This document shows positions 1-8,680 of a DNA stretch of 32,252 bases, one piece after another. The number at the start of each line of letters is the position of its first letter. The stretch's first letter is position 1. Source of the DNA: Candidatus Micrarchaeota archaeon (GTDB lineage Archaea > Micrarchaeota > Micrarchaeia > Anstonellales > Bilamarchaeaceae); contig JBFMEZ010000028.1 of NCBI GenBank assembly GCA_040753215.1, positions 1-32,252 of the forward strand, in the 5' to 3' direction. The translations under genes and the position numbers were made by a program. The notes under the pieces were generated by a model, which did not search any database, was not told the DNA's origin, and saw only the letters and a program-made list of their open reading frames with translations.

Positions 1-56
1 GTGCAGCCAGGAACCTCAAGAGGGTGTGGGCGAAGCAGAAAAGAAACAATCATTAG
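1..56 (+). CDS. Partial CDS (3' end only), possibly TnpB/IS200-IS605 OrfB RNA-guided nuclease C-terminus
   Basis: Frame 3-56 reads AARNLKRVWAKQKRNNH*. AARNL resembles the TnpB RuvC-III motif (D-x-N-A-A-x-N-I/L), and an IS605-type right-end motif follows at 127-146. Confidence 0.4.
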   Translation, partial: AARNLKRVWAKQKRNNH

Positions 57-146
57 GCCTGCCGGTGGGAATTTTCATAGTCTGCATCATTACATCTGGT
101 TCTGAGACCAATTGCCGGACAGTCTGTTTAGGCCGTGGAGGTTCAC
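57..146 (+). mobile_element. Candidate IS200/IS605 right end / omegaRNA scaffold ending ...TTTAGGCCGTGGAGGTTCAC
   Basis: The subterminal GCCGTGGAGG motif and terminal TCAC are typical of IS605/IS1341 right ends. 127-143 is a 17-nt exact reverse complement of 14547-14563. Confidence 0.45.
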
Positions 147-205
147 CAAATCAATATCCATATTCGCCCCTTGCAACTCCCGGGCGGAAATTGTTTTCGC
201 CATGA

Positions 206-277
206 AGCCCCGGACGAGGATTGAACTCGTGGCCTCGTGCTTACCAAGCACGCGCTCTACCACTGAGCTACCGGGGC
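206..277 (-). tRNA. tRNA-Thr(GGU)
   Basis: Reverse complement GCCCCGG...CCGGGGC-U; anticodon arm CGTGC-TTGGTAA-GCACG; T-loop GTTCAAT; U73 discriminator as in archaeal tRNA-Thr; no intron; CCA not encoded. Confidence 0.97.
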
Positions 278-286
278 GCCTAATCT

Positions 287-790
287 TCATTTCTTTTTAC
301 GCAGAATTCTCCGCTGCTCTTCTATTTTCCCAAGAACCTTTTTAATGTTTTTCCAGTGCCCCCCTTCCCAGTAATTCTTCCCGCAGGAAGCGCACTTCCA
401 GCACCTCCTTTTTTCCGCAATCACGTCCTTCGGAATCCCTTCCAGCGAAGCGCAATCCCTCCCCTCCAGCCCCCCGTTGCACTCCGGGCACCTCGTCTTA
501 TCCGGAAAACCCATCTCCAGCCCGTATCTCTCAATAATCCTGGCCAGGTCCTCCTCCAGCTTCTCCTGCGGAAGCAGGAAATACTCTACTTCCGCCTCCT
601 TCGCCCTCCGCGCAAGCTCCTCATCCTTCGTGAGAAGAACCCTCCCGCTCTCCCCCGCCCTCCTAAGCACGGCGGTATCGCTACCCTCAAAAAATTCCGT
701 ATCATGCCCGAGAAGCCGCAGCCATTTTGCCGCCTTCTTCATCATCTCGTCAGAAAGAAAACGGACGCCGGCAGGAGTCTTCCCGGTCAT
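287..790 (-). CDS. Mut7-C RNase (PIN-like) domain protein with C-terminal Zn ribbon
   Basis: FLSDEMM..AKWLRLLGHDT, RVLLTKD, RCPECNG and CASCGKNYWEGGHW motifs. Confidence 0.88.
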   Translation of the reverse strand: MTGKTPAGVRFLSDEMMKKAAKWLRLLGHDTEFFEGSDTAVLRRAGESGRVLLTKDEELARRAKEAEVEYFLLPQEKLEEDLARIIERYGLEMGFPDKTRCPECNGGLEGRDCASLEGIPKDVIAEKRRCWKCASCGKNYWEGGHWKNIKKVLGKIEEQRRILRKKK

Positions 791-1095
791 CCCACCAACG
801 ATATTTTCACAAAAACAGAATCAGGAATCTTTATGCGAAGAAGCTGCCTTATCGTCTTCTCGTCCCCATCCACCTCGATGAGCCTTTTCGAAATCCTCTT
901 CTCCCAGTGCTCATAGGTGTCGGAGCCGTCCCCGCACGGAGTCCTCCTGCACGAGATATTCAGTCTCCTGCGGGGCATGGGCACCGGCCCCACGACCTTC
1001 ATGTTGAGCGCGGCGGAAAGCTCCTTTATCTGGCTCACCACCGTGTTCAGGTCTGCGGGCCTCTCGCTTTTCAGCGTAATCTTCGCTTTCGTCAT
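787..1095 (-). CDS. rpsJ: 30S ribosomal protein uS10
   Basis: VVGPVPMP and RRTPCGDGSDTYEHWEKRISKRLI motifs; directly downstream of EF-1alpha; start moved to MTKAKI (1095). Confidence 0.96.
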   Translation of the reverse strand: MTKAKITLKSERPADLNTVVSQIKELSAALNMKVVGPVPMPRRRLNISCRRTPCGDGSDTYEHWEKRISKRLIEVDGDEKTIRQLLRIKIPDSVFVKISLVG

Positions 1096-1099
1096 CCAC

Positions 1100-2371
1100 T
1101 CACTGCTTCTTCGGCACCACGTCAAGGACCACTCCCGCGGCCACGGTCTGCCCCATGTCCCTTATCGCGAACCTCCCGAGCGGCGGGAATTCCTGGAACT
1201 TCTCCACGCACACGGGCTTGAGCGGCTTGATTTTCAGCACCGCCACATCCCCGGTCTTTATGAAGTCCGGCTTCTGCTGCATCGTCTGCCCGCTCTTCGG
1301 GTCCTTCTTCTCCACTATTTCCGTGACCCTGCCCGCGAACTGCGCGGTGTGCACGTGGAACACGGGCGTGTACCCGATTGAAATCGCCGTGGGATGGTTA
1401 AGCACCACGACCTGCGCGGTGAATTCGTCCGCAACAGTAGGCGGCTTGTCCACGGGCCCGAGCACGTCTCCCCTCTTTATGTCCTTCTTCTCCACGCCCT
1501 TGAGGTTGAACCCGACATTGTCCCCGGGCATCGCCTCTGCAAGCTCCTGGTGGTGCATCTCTATCTTCTTCACCTCTCCCTTCGCGCCCGAGGGCATTAT
1601 CACAACGTTCGTGTTCGGCTTCATCACCCCTGTCTCAACCCTTCCCACCGGCACCGTCCCGTGCCCGGTAATCGTATATACATCCTGGATGGGCAGCCTG
1701 AGCGGCTTCTCAACCGGCTTCGCAGGCACGATGAACTGGTCGAGCAGCTCGAGCAGCGTCGGGCCCGCGTACCACGGCGTCTTTTCGGACTTCTTCGCGA
1801 TGTTGTCCCCGTTGTATGCGGAGGTGGGCACGAAGTGCACCTTGTCCATCTTCCATCCCATGCCGGAGAGGAGCTTCTTCACGTCGTCCTCCACCTTCTT
1901 GTATGCGGCCTGGTCGTAGTTCACCGCGTCCATCTTGTTCATGTTCACTATCATCTGGCTTATCCCCAGCACCTTTGAGAGGAACGCGTGCTCCTTGGTC
2001 TGCGGCTGCACCCCATCCTTCACCGAAACCACAAGGACCGCGCCGTCCGCCTGGCTCGCGCCCGTGATCATGTTCTTCACGAAGTCCCTGTGCCCCGGCG
2101 CATCTATGATAGTGAAGTGGTACTTCGGAGTCTCAAACTCCTTGTGGGAAACCTCAATCGTGACCCCCCTCTCCCTCTCCTCCTTAAGGGTGTCCATCAC
2201 GAATGCATACTCGAAGGTCGCCTTCCCCAGCCTCTCGGCCTCCTCCTTGAGCTTCCTCAGCACATTCTCCGGAAGCGCGCCCGTATCATACAGAATCCTT
2301 CCCACAGAAGTGGACTTCCCTGAGTCCACGTGCCCGATAAACACTATATTCATGTGTTCCTTCTTTGCCAT
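1100..2371 (-). CDS. tuf: Translation elongation factor EF-1alpha (archaeal)
   Basis: [21 protein letters not shown] and [11 protein letters not shown] motifs; GAGGTG SD just upstream of the ATG at 2371. Confidence 0.99.
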   Translation of the reverse strand: MAKKEHMNIVFIGHVDSGKSTSVGRILYDTGALPENVLRKLKEEAERLGKATFEYAFVMDTLKEERERGVTIEVSHKEFETPKYHFTIIDAPGHRDFVKNMITGASQADGAVLVVSVKDGVQPQTKEHAFLSKVLGISQMIVNMNKMDAVNYDQAAYKKVEDDVKKLLSGMGWKMDKVHFVPTSAYNGDNIAKKSEKTPWYAGPTLLELLDQFIVPAKPVEKPLRLPIQDVYTITGHGTVPVGRVETGVMKPNTNVVIMPSGAKGEVKKIEMHHQELAEAMPGDNVGFNLKGVEKKDIKRGDVLGPVDKPPTVADEFTAQVVVLNHPTAISIGYTPVFHVHTAQFAGRVTEIVEKKDPKSGQTMQQKPDFIKTGDVAVLKIKPLKPVCVEKFQEFPPLGRFAIRDMGQTVAAGVVLDVVPKKQ

Positions 2372-2484
2372 ATTCACACCTCATTTTTAGAGTTCAATTA
2401 CTCTCACTCCGCGTATAAACGCGAAAAAGAGCATACTTTTTATTTATGGATGAATTTTTAAAGGTTGTTTTCCTTTCCCTCATT

Positions 2485-3201
2485 ATGCTAGGCATAATCG
2501 CAGGAAGCGGCCTGTACAATATAGGAAAAATGAAGGAGAAGCCCGCCCCAACCCCCTACGGTAAGGCTATTCTCTATTCCCTCAAGCTGGAAGATGAGGA
2601 CGTCCTCTTCATCCCCCGCCACATGACCGACCATTCCATCCCGGCGCACAAGGTGAATTACAAGGCAAATATATGGGCCCTGGAGGAGGAGGGCGCCACC
2701 GCCCTGCTAACTTTCTATTCTGCAGGCATAATCTCAAAATACAAGCCAGGCGGCCTAGTCCTCCTCGAGGATTTCATAGGCCTCTTCACCCCCGCCTCCT
2801 TCTACGATTCCTTCGAATCCGGCATAAGGCATGCGGACGTCTCCCGCCCCTTTGACAGGGACCTCTGCAACACCGTGAAGGAGGGCGCCTACGCGAATAA
2901 GGTTAAGCTCCAGAAGGGCGGCATAATCGCAACCACCCGCGGCCCCCGCTTTGAGACCGCCGCGGAAATCCGCGTCCTCAAGCAGATGGGCGCCAACCTG
3001 GTGAATATGACCGCAGCCTACGAAATAACCCTCGCCAACGAACTGGAGCTCCCGCTCGCGGGAATCGCAATCGGCACCAACCTCGCCTGCGGCGTAAAAG
3101 GCACGCGCGCCATCTCCCACGAGGAGGTAACAAAAGCCGTGAGGAAGAAGGAAGCCCAGGTAAAAGCAATAGCCGCGCATGTGGCCCGGGAAGTGCTCTG
3201 A
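2485..3201 (+). CDS. mtnP: Methylthioadenosine/purine nucleoside phosphorylase (MTAP family)
   Basis: LGIIAGSG, TPYG, FIPRH, PAHKVNYKANIWAL, GPRFETAAE and VNMT motifs; start moved to MLGIIAG (2485). Confidence 0.88.
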   Translation: MLGIIAGSGLYNIGKMKEKPAPTPYGKAILYSLKLEDEDVLFIPRHMTDHSIPAHKVNYKANIWALEEEGATALLTFYSAGIISKYKPGGLVLLEDFIGLFTPASFYDSFESGIRHADVSRPFDRDLCNTVKEGAYANKVKLQKGGIIATTRGPRFETAAEIRVLKQMGANLVNMTAAYEITLANELELPLAGIAIGTNLACGVKGTRAISHEEVTKAVRKKEAQVKAIAAHVAREVL

Positions 3202-3202
3202 G

Positions 3203-3251
3203 TGTAGTGCCTACTCTTTTTGCCAAATTTTAAAAACTGTTCGGCACTACA
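3203..3251. repeat. Inverted-repeat site TGTAGTGCC-N31-GGCACTACA (left flank of the Fic gene)
   Basis: Perfect 9-bp arms at 3203-3211 and 3243-3251; a second copy lies at 4177-4224. Confidence 0.85.
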
Positions 3252-3258
3252 TCTCTCC

Positions 3259-4173
3259 ATGGCATTCGTCCGCAGAAAAGCCCGTGGAAGCACCTTCTAC
3301 TATGAACTAGTGGAGAATGTGCGCGAGAACGGCAAGGTTGTGCAGAAGGTAATCCAGTACTTCCCCACCCTTGAGGCGGCAAACCTCTATTGCGAGAAGA
3401 AGGGAATAAGGAAAATCGAGAAGGAAAAGACAGTCCCGCCCTCCCTGGAATCCCGGCTGGAGGAAAAACTGAAAAAGCTGAATTCGCTAAGGCCCCTGCC
3501 GAAGACCGCCCTGGCCAAGCTTAAGGAAAAATTCGAAGTTGACATGACCTACAACTCCAACGCAATAGAGGGAAACCGCCTCACCCTCCGCGAAACCTGG
3601 CTGGTGCTCCGTAAAGGCATAACCATAGGCGGAAAGAGCATCCAGGAGCATCTGGAGGCGAAGAACCATCTCGAGGCAATCCACCTGCTTTTCCAGCTCG
3701 CGGATGCAAAGAGAAAAATAACCGAGCAGGACATACTGGATCTGCACCGCCTCGTAATGTCCAAGATAGACGATAGCATAGCAGGGAAATACCGCGCCCA
3801 GCAGGTCTACATAGAAGGTGCGGCGCACGTACCCCCTCCGCCAAACAAGGTCCGGGAGCTGATAGGGCAGGTGATTGGAGAGATGAACAAGCCGGGCAAG
3901 GGAATGGAAACGGTAAAATCGGCCTCCCGCATCCACCATCTCATAGCTTGGATACACCCGTTTGTGGACGGGAACGGCAGGGTCGCAAGGCTTCTTCTTA
4001 ACCTTAAGCTTATGCGTGGCGGCTTTCCACCAGTAGTCCTTCTAAAGACCGAAAGGCGCTCCTATTACTCCGCGCTGGAAAAGGCGGATGACGGCGACCT
4101 TTACCCTATCACGACTATGATTGCGAATTCGGTCGGGCGCTCCCTTGACATCTGGCTAGGTGCGGCTGCCTAA
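3259..4173 (+). CDS. Fic family protein (class II, internal inhibitory helix) with N-terminal putative DNA-binding extension
   Basis: Canonical HPFVDGNGRVAR motif; SNAIEGN inhibitory motif; start moved to MAFVRRK (3259). Confidence 0.93.
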   Translation: MAFVRRKARGSTFYYELVENVRENGKVVQKVIQYFPTLEAANLYCEKKGIRKIEKEKTVPPSLESRLEEKLKKLNSLRPLPKTALAKLKEKFEVDMTYNSNAIEGNRLTLRETWLVLRKGITIGGKSIQEHLEAKNHLEAIHLLFQLADAKRKITEQDILDLHRLVMSKIDDSIAGKYRAQQVYIEGAAHVPPPPNKVRELIGQVIGEMNKPGKGMETVKSASRIHHLIAWIHPFVDGNGRVARLLLNLKLMRGGFPPVVLLKTERRSYYSALEKADDGDLYPITTMIANSVGRSLDIWLGAAA

Positions 4174-4176
4174 TCC

Positions 4177-4224
4177 GTAGTGCCTACACCTTATTGAAAA
4201 TAAGCAGAATACTTCGGCACTACA
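4177..4224. repeat. Inverted-repeat site GTAGTGCC-N31-GGCACTAC (right flank of the Fic gene)
   Basis: Arms at 4177-4184 and 4216-4223; same 31-nt spacer length and same TAC/TTC inner bases as the left site. Confidence 0.85.
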
Positions 4225-4229
4225 AAAAA

Positions 4230-5294
4230 CTATCTCGTAACCTTTATCTTTTCCATTTCCTTCAGGTACTCCTCGTGCTTCCCAAAGTACTCTCTCGCCG
4301 GCCTGAGCATTGAACCCAGCTCCCGCGCAACCGCGTTCTTCAAATCCATCGGATGCAATTTCCCTTCCGTATACTCCGCCCTCAACTGCGCGGCATCCGC
4401 AATCTCCAAATCTCCGCCGAATTTCGCAGGCCTCTCAATCTTCAAAGCCTTATCCCTCAAAACCAGCATCTCCGCATACTGCACAATCGGGTTCCCCTCC
4501 ACAACCTTGGGCGCGCACTGCGCCTTCCCTATTTTCCTCCTGATCTCCTCCTCACTTTCATGAATAAATATCGCCGAATCCGGAACGCTCTTGCTCATCT
4601 TCGCATCTATAATCTCATCTTCAGTAGGGTTCATCCTCAGCGAGCTCTGCAATCCCGCCAATAATCCCGTGTGCAGCGCCACTGGCTTCTCGTGCCCCAC
4701 CTTCCCCGCAATCTCCCGCGCGAGCATATGCACCTTCCTCTGGTCCATCCCAGCGTGCGCGATATCCACCCCCAATTTGAATATGTCCGCCGCCTGCATC
4801 GCGGGATAGAGCATCGATGCGCTGCTCAGCGCCTCCGTCTCCTTCCTCCCCATTATGGTTACGCACCGCAGCATCCTATTCGTAGTGGTATTCCTCATTA
4901 TGTCCAGCACCATCTTCCAGTACTCCTCATCATAAATCCTGCTGGCCAGCACGTACTCCACCTTGTCCTCAGGCAGCCCCAGCGCCACAAACGCATGCCT
5001 GAAGTACCCCGCCGCAACCTTCCTTATGAGCTCCAGATCCCCTCCCAGCTTCCCATTAATCCACGTATGGTAGTCCGCAAGGAATATGCAGGGCCTCACC
5101 CCTGCCTCCATCAGATCCTTCACCTTGATCGCAGTAAGCAATCCCGTCCCCAGATGCACATGCCCCGAAATCTCAAACCCTATATAGTGCTTCGGATGCG
5201 CCTTCGTCTCGAATAAGTTATTCAGCTCCCCATCCGTAACTATCTCTATAGTCGGAGCCCTTTTCACCAGCGCAACCTTCCCTTCCAAATCCAT
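4230..5294 (-). CDS. tyrS: Tyrosyl-tRNA synthetase (archaeal type)
   Basis: YIGFEISGHVHLG (HIGH-like), YPAMQAADI, AGMDQRKVH, KMSKS and LHPMDLK motifs. Confidence 0.97.
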   Translation of the reverse strand: MDLEGKVALVKRAPTIEIVTDGELNNLFETKAHPKHYIGFEISGHVHLGTGLLTAIKVKDLMEAGVRPCIFLADYHTWINGKLGGDLELIRKVAAGYFRHAFVALGLPEDKVEYVLASRIYDEEYWKMVLDIMRNTTTNRMLRCVTIMGRKETEALSSASMLYPAMQAADIFKLGVDIAHAGMDQRKVHMLAREIAGKVGHEKPVALHTGLLAGLQSSLRMNPTEDEIIDAKMSKSVPDSAIFIHESEEEIRRKIGKAQCAPKVVEGNPIVQYAEMLVLRDKALKIERPAKFGGDLEIADAAQLRAEYTEGKLHPMDLKNAVARELGSMLRPAREYFGKHEEYLKEMEKIKVTR

Positions 5295-5353
5295 ACTCTA
5301 TCCCACCTACTCGTTATCCGGCACGTTTTATAGGTTTTTTGATAATCCTATCT

Positions 5354-6010
5354 TTAGCCTTTAACCGCATATGCGATATAATTTACCGGGCACACGCTCA
5401 TAATTTCGCATTCCAATCCGGCTTTGCCGAAAAGTTCTATCAATTCTTTTTTCGTAAACCTTCTGGAATAGAATCCCTCGTCCGTATGCACAGCCTTTCC
5501 ATCATCCCTTATCCCTTTCAACCCAATCCTCCCATAGTTCTCGGCCTGCACATCCCCTGCATTTTCCGAGAAGACGCTGACAATCACTTCCCCTCCTTTT
5601 TTGCAGGTGCGCGCCATTTCCCGGAGCACACCCAATTCTATTCCGGGCATATTCCCAAAACTATTGTCCAGGCAAAGAACGTAATCAAAACTCCCATCCG
5701 CAAACTTCAAATCATCCGCATCCATCGGCAATATCTCCACATTGCCGGCATCCGAAAGGTTTTTCCCTGCCAAGCCGACCATTCTTTTGCTAAAGTCTAT
5801 CCCCACAACCTTTTTCGCATTCTTGCTCAGCACCCTCATAAGCCTTCCATAGCCGCACCCGATTTCCAGAATCTTTTTTCCAGGTCTGATGTGCTCCTCA
5901 ACGAACCCTATCTCTCCGTCAAGAAAATCCTGTATCAGTTTCGGAGGATTAGTAATCATCTTCTCAAAATCGAAAGTTTCGTAGAATCTCTTAACGTCAT
6001 TCCTGTCCAT
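5354..6010 (-). CDS. Class I SAM-dependent methyltransferase
   Basis: ILEIGCGYG motif I, VGIDFS and FDYV motifs. Confidence 0.9.
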   Translation of the reverse strand: MDRNDVKRFYETFDFEKMITNPPKLIQDFLDGEIGFVEEHIRPGKKILEIGCGYGRLMRVLSKNAKKVVGIDFSKRMVGLAGKNLSDAGNVEILPMDADDLKFADGSFDYVLCLDNSFGNMPGIELGVLREMARTCKKGGEVIVSVFSENAGDVQAENYGRIGLKGIRDDGKAVHTDEGFYSRRFTKKELIELFGKAGLECEIMSVCPVNYIAYAVKG

Positions 6011-6023
6011 GCTAAGGCACCGG

Positions 6024-7934
6024 CTAAATCTTCGAAATGAACCAAAGCGCAGTAATTACTCCTCCAAATATTATTAATGGCGCCGCAATCCGAGCCACAG
6101 CCACAATCGCGTTCACCGTGCTCACTATCTCTATCGCCTGCTTCACCCCCAGCGCCTTTATCCCAACCAAAGTCCTTTCCCCATAGAACTGCGCATCCCC
6201 CAAATCAAAGTAGGCCGCAGTCACCAGTTCCTTTATTTTGGTAGTAATCCTTTCATCCTCCTGGAGTGGATTCACCACCCCCTTCACCGTATTCACTTTA
6301 TGAGTATCCGTGGTATAGACCGCAGGGAAAGCCTCCCCCCATCCCGTCCTCCTGAACATCCCGCCAATCTCCCCAATCAGTTTCTCCCTAAATGCCGGAG
6401 TAATCCCGTTCGAATCCAACAATATGACCACATACTTCGGCTCCGTATCGAACACAGCCACCTTTATTCCCGCAGGCCCGACCATAGTGCTCTCAATAGC
6501 CCCTTCCGCGCTCCCAACCCTCAATCTCCTCTCCTTCCCCTTCCCTTCGCACGCCTTCCCAACCGCCTGCATATATCTAAACCCAAAAGGAGTCCCCGGC
6601 TCCACATACTCTATTTCCCCCGTCTCCGAATTATGCTCGTCCGCAAGCGCCGCCACCCGCATCTTTTTCTCCGCTTCCGAAGTGAGCGCCATCCCCATCC
6701 CCAAAGAAAAGTCCTCGCAGGTCTCCGGAGCCCTGGTCAATCCCATAAACGCAGCATCCCCAATCCTCAGGCACTCCGCCCTGCACTCCCCTTCCTTCCC
6801 CTCCACAAAAGCCGCTTTCGCCTCCCTCACCTTCGCCCCCACAATAATCTCTCTGCACCTGTCCGTGATCTTCCTCAGTTCGCTCACTGAAACCGGGTTC
6901 ATGTCATGCGTGGCCAGCCCGTGGAAAACAAACACCTCCCGCTCTTTCCTCTCCCCGTTGTCCCCAAGCGCCTTCGCAAGAGAAAACGCAGGGGGGCTCT
7001 GCCCCCCTTCATTTTCTTCTATCTTTCTGATACCCTCCGCTTGCTCGCGATGGTCTCCCAGCGCCTTCGCAATAAGATACGAAAAGTTGCTCCCCCCCAA
7101 TTCCCCAAAGGGCCCGAAGTGCACATAGGGCACTACAAACGCAATCTCCTTCCTCTCCTTCCTGAACAGGAATACAGAAAGGTATGTCTGCACGTCCTCC
7201 CCCACCCTCCTGAAAGCCTTCTCGATGTCCTTCGCGTTGTAGAACCACTGCCCGAAAAACATCGAAACTGCGTCCGTGCTCGCAACCCCAAAAGTCCTCT
7301 TCATGGGCGCATTTATTATCCAGAAGAAAAGGAAAAGCGCCCCCAGAAGGATGAGCGAAGCCGCATAGAACTTCACCAGCACGCTCTCCGTGCTCCCTTC
7401 AAACGGCAGCAGCCCATTCGTTATGAGGAAAAACGCATGCAGCAGCAATTGCAGGAATGCGAACAGCAGCGACCTCCACTTCAATACGAACACTATCCTC
7501 GCGATAAGGTACCACAGAATGAATACGAATGCGCTCCCCAGGAACACTATCTCCAGCCCCAGGGGAATCCCGAAGATTGGAAGCGAGACCGCCGCAAGAT
7601 AAGTTGCCGCATAAATCGCCTCCCCTATGAGCGCGACCGCGGTAATCCTCCTTATCAGCACCTTCATCATTATCGCTTTGCCGATGATGATGGATAGGAA
7701 CCCCGGCACCGCCAGCACGAAGAAAGATGTGAGCATCGCCTCCATCACATTCTGCGGGGTGAGCGCAGCAAGCGCCAGCCCGAACGCCAGCGCAACTATT
7801 ATTATGAGGCCGGCGAGCACCCTCGCCCGCGGAAGCGCCACAAAATATTTCGTGAGCCCCACCGCCTTCTGCATGGGAGATTTCAGTTCCCGGTTCCCGG
7901 TTTCCAGTTTCGTGCCTAACTCTCCCTCATCCAT
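6024..7934 (-). CDS. DUF2070 family membrane protein
   Basis: About 7 N-terminal TM helices followed by PYVHFGPFG, HGLATHDMNP, DEHN, DSNG and TTDTH motifs; start moved to MDEGE (7934), with a TATA-like TTTTTAAA ~25 nt upstream. Confidence 0.85.
   Translation of the reverse strand: MDEGELGTKLETGNRELKSPMQKAVGLTKYFVALPRARVLAGLIIIVALAFGLALAALTPQNVMEAMLTSFFVLAVPGFLSIIIGKAIMMKVLIRRITAVALIGEAIYAATYLAAVSLPIFGIPLGLEIVFLGSAFVFILWYLIARIVFVLKWRSLLFAFLQLLLHAFFLITNGLLPFEGSTESVLVKFYAASLILLGALFLFFWIINAPMKRTFGVASTDAVSMFFGQWFYNAKDIEKAFRRVGEDVQTYLSVFLFRKERKEIAFVVPYVHFGPFGELGGSNFSYLIAKALGDHREQAEGIRKIEENEGGQSPPAFSLAKALGDNGERKEREVFVFHGLATHDMNPVSVSELRKITDRCREIIVGAKVREAKAAFVEGKEGECRAECLRIGDAAFMGLTRAPETCEDFSLGMGMALTSEAEKKMRVAALADEHNSETGEIEYVEPGTPFGFRYMQAVGKACEGKGKERRLRVGSAEGAIESTMVGPAGIKVAVFDTEPKYVVILLDSNGITPAFREKLIGEIGGMFRRTGWGEAFPAVYTTDTHKVNTVKGVVNPLQEDERITTKIKELVTAAYFDLGDAQFYGERTLVGIKALGVKQAIEIVSTVNAIVAVARIAAPLIIFGGVITALWFISKI
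6967..7072. repeat. In-frame 93-bp palindrome-containing insert flanked by a 13-bp direct repeat inside DUF2070
   Basis: AGCGCCTTCGCAA at 6967-6979 and 7060-7072; internal hairpin AGGGGGGC-TCT-GCCCCCCT; the protein shows AKALGD twice. Confidence 0.7.
7883..7910 (-). repeat. Heptanucleotide tandem repeat (RAACYGG-like x4)
   Basis: The minus strand reads AAACTGG AAACCGG GAACCGG GAACTGA; similar tracts at ~12735-12764 and 13479-13506. Confidence 0.65.
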
Positions 7935-7968
7935 ATGCAGAGAGTTCTTCTTCAGGAATTTAAAAATC

Positions 7969-8628
7969 CTACTGCTCCCCGAACCCGTACTTTCCAACCA
8001 GAGGAACAAACATCACCGGCAGTACCCTCTCCATCCTCCCGCCCTTCTTCTCAAACAGAACCAAATCCTGCACATACGCCCCCACCGGCGCAACCAGCTT
8101 CCCATCCCTCTTCAATTGCGCAATCAGTGGATGCCCCAAATCCAAAGATGGAAGCGCAGCAGTAACTACTATTCTATCGTAAGGCGCCCCCGGCCCATAA
8201 CCCCCGCTCCCGTCCCCCACTATAATCTCTATATTATCCATACTGATTCCGGAAGCCGCAATATTCGCCCTCGCCAGCTCCGCAAGCTCCGGCACCCGTT
8301 CTATGCTCACAACCCTGCCCTTCCCCCCAACCAGCACCGAAAGCAGCGCACAGTTATATCCGCTCCCCGTCCCCACCTCCAGCACCTTCATCCCCTCCCT
8401 CAAATCCAGCGCCTCCAGCATGAACGCAACAACCGCAGGCGCGGAAATCGTCTGCCCATACCCAATCGGCAGCGCACAATCGTAGTAAGACATCGCTTTC
8501 TCCGATTCCGGCACGAAGAATCCCCTGTCCACCTTACGCAGCGCCTTCTCCACCCTTTCCGTCTTGAGAAAACCGGTCTCCATCAGGAACCTGAACATCC
8601 TTTCCTTCTCTTCCTCCCTGGCATTCAC
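7969..8628 (-). CDS. pcm: Protein-L-isoaspartate O-methyltransferase
   Basis: LPIGYGQTISAP, VLEVGTGSGYNCALL, GDGSGG, APYDRI and FVPLVG motifs; start probably GTG 8628 (alternative ATG 8598). Confidence 0.93.
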   Translation of the reverse strand: MNAREEEKERMFRFLMETGFLKTERVEKALRKVDRGFFVPESEKAMSYYDCALPIGYGQTISAPAVVAFMLEALDLREGMKVLEVGTGSGYNCALLSVLVGGKGRVVSIERVPELAELARANIAASGISMDNIEIIVGDGSGGYGPGAPYDRIVVTAALPSLDLGHPLIAQLKRDGKLVAPVGAYVQDLVLFEKKGGRMERVLPVMFVPLVGKYGFGEQ

Positions 8629-8680
8629 GTTAGGCTTTCTCCAAATACTAATAAAAACCACCGCCCCGTTAATCTTCCAT

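Noticed and set aside
90..345. ORFs 90..290 (-) and 112..345 (+)
   Set aside because: They overlap tRNA-Thr and the candidate IS end, and have no protein motif.
356..2390. Many long + strand ORFs antisense to Mut7-C, rpsJ and EF-1alpha (also antisense ORFs over tyrS, DUF2070 and the antiporter)
   Set aside because: Shadow ORFs produced by codon bias opposite well-supported genes.
3203..4224. CRISPR array from the Fic-flanking repeats or other repeats
   Set aside because: Only two units ~1 kb apart, no regular repeat-spacer periodicity and no cas genes in the window.
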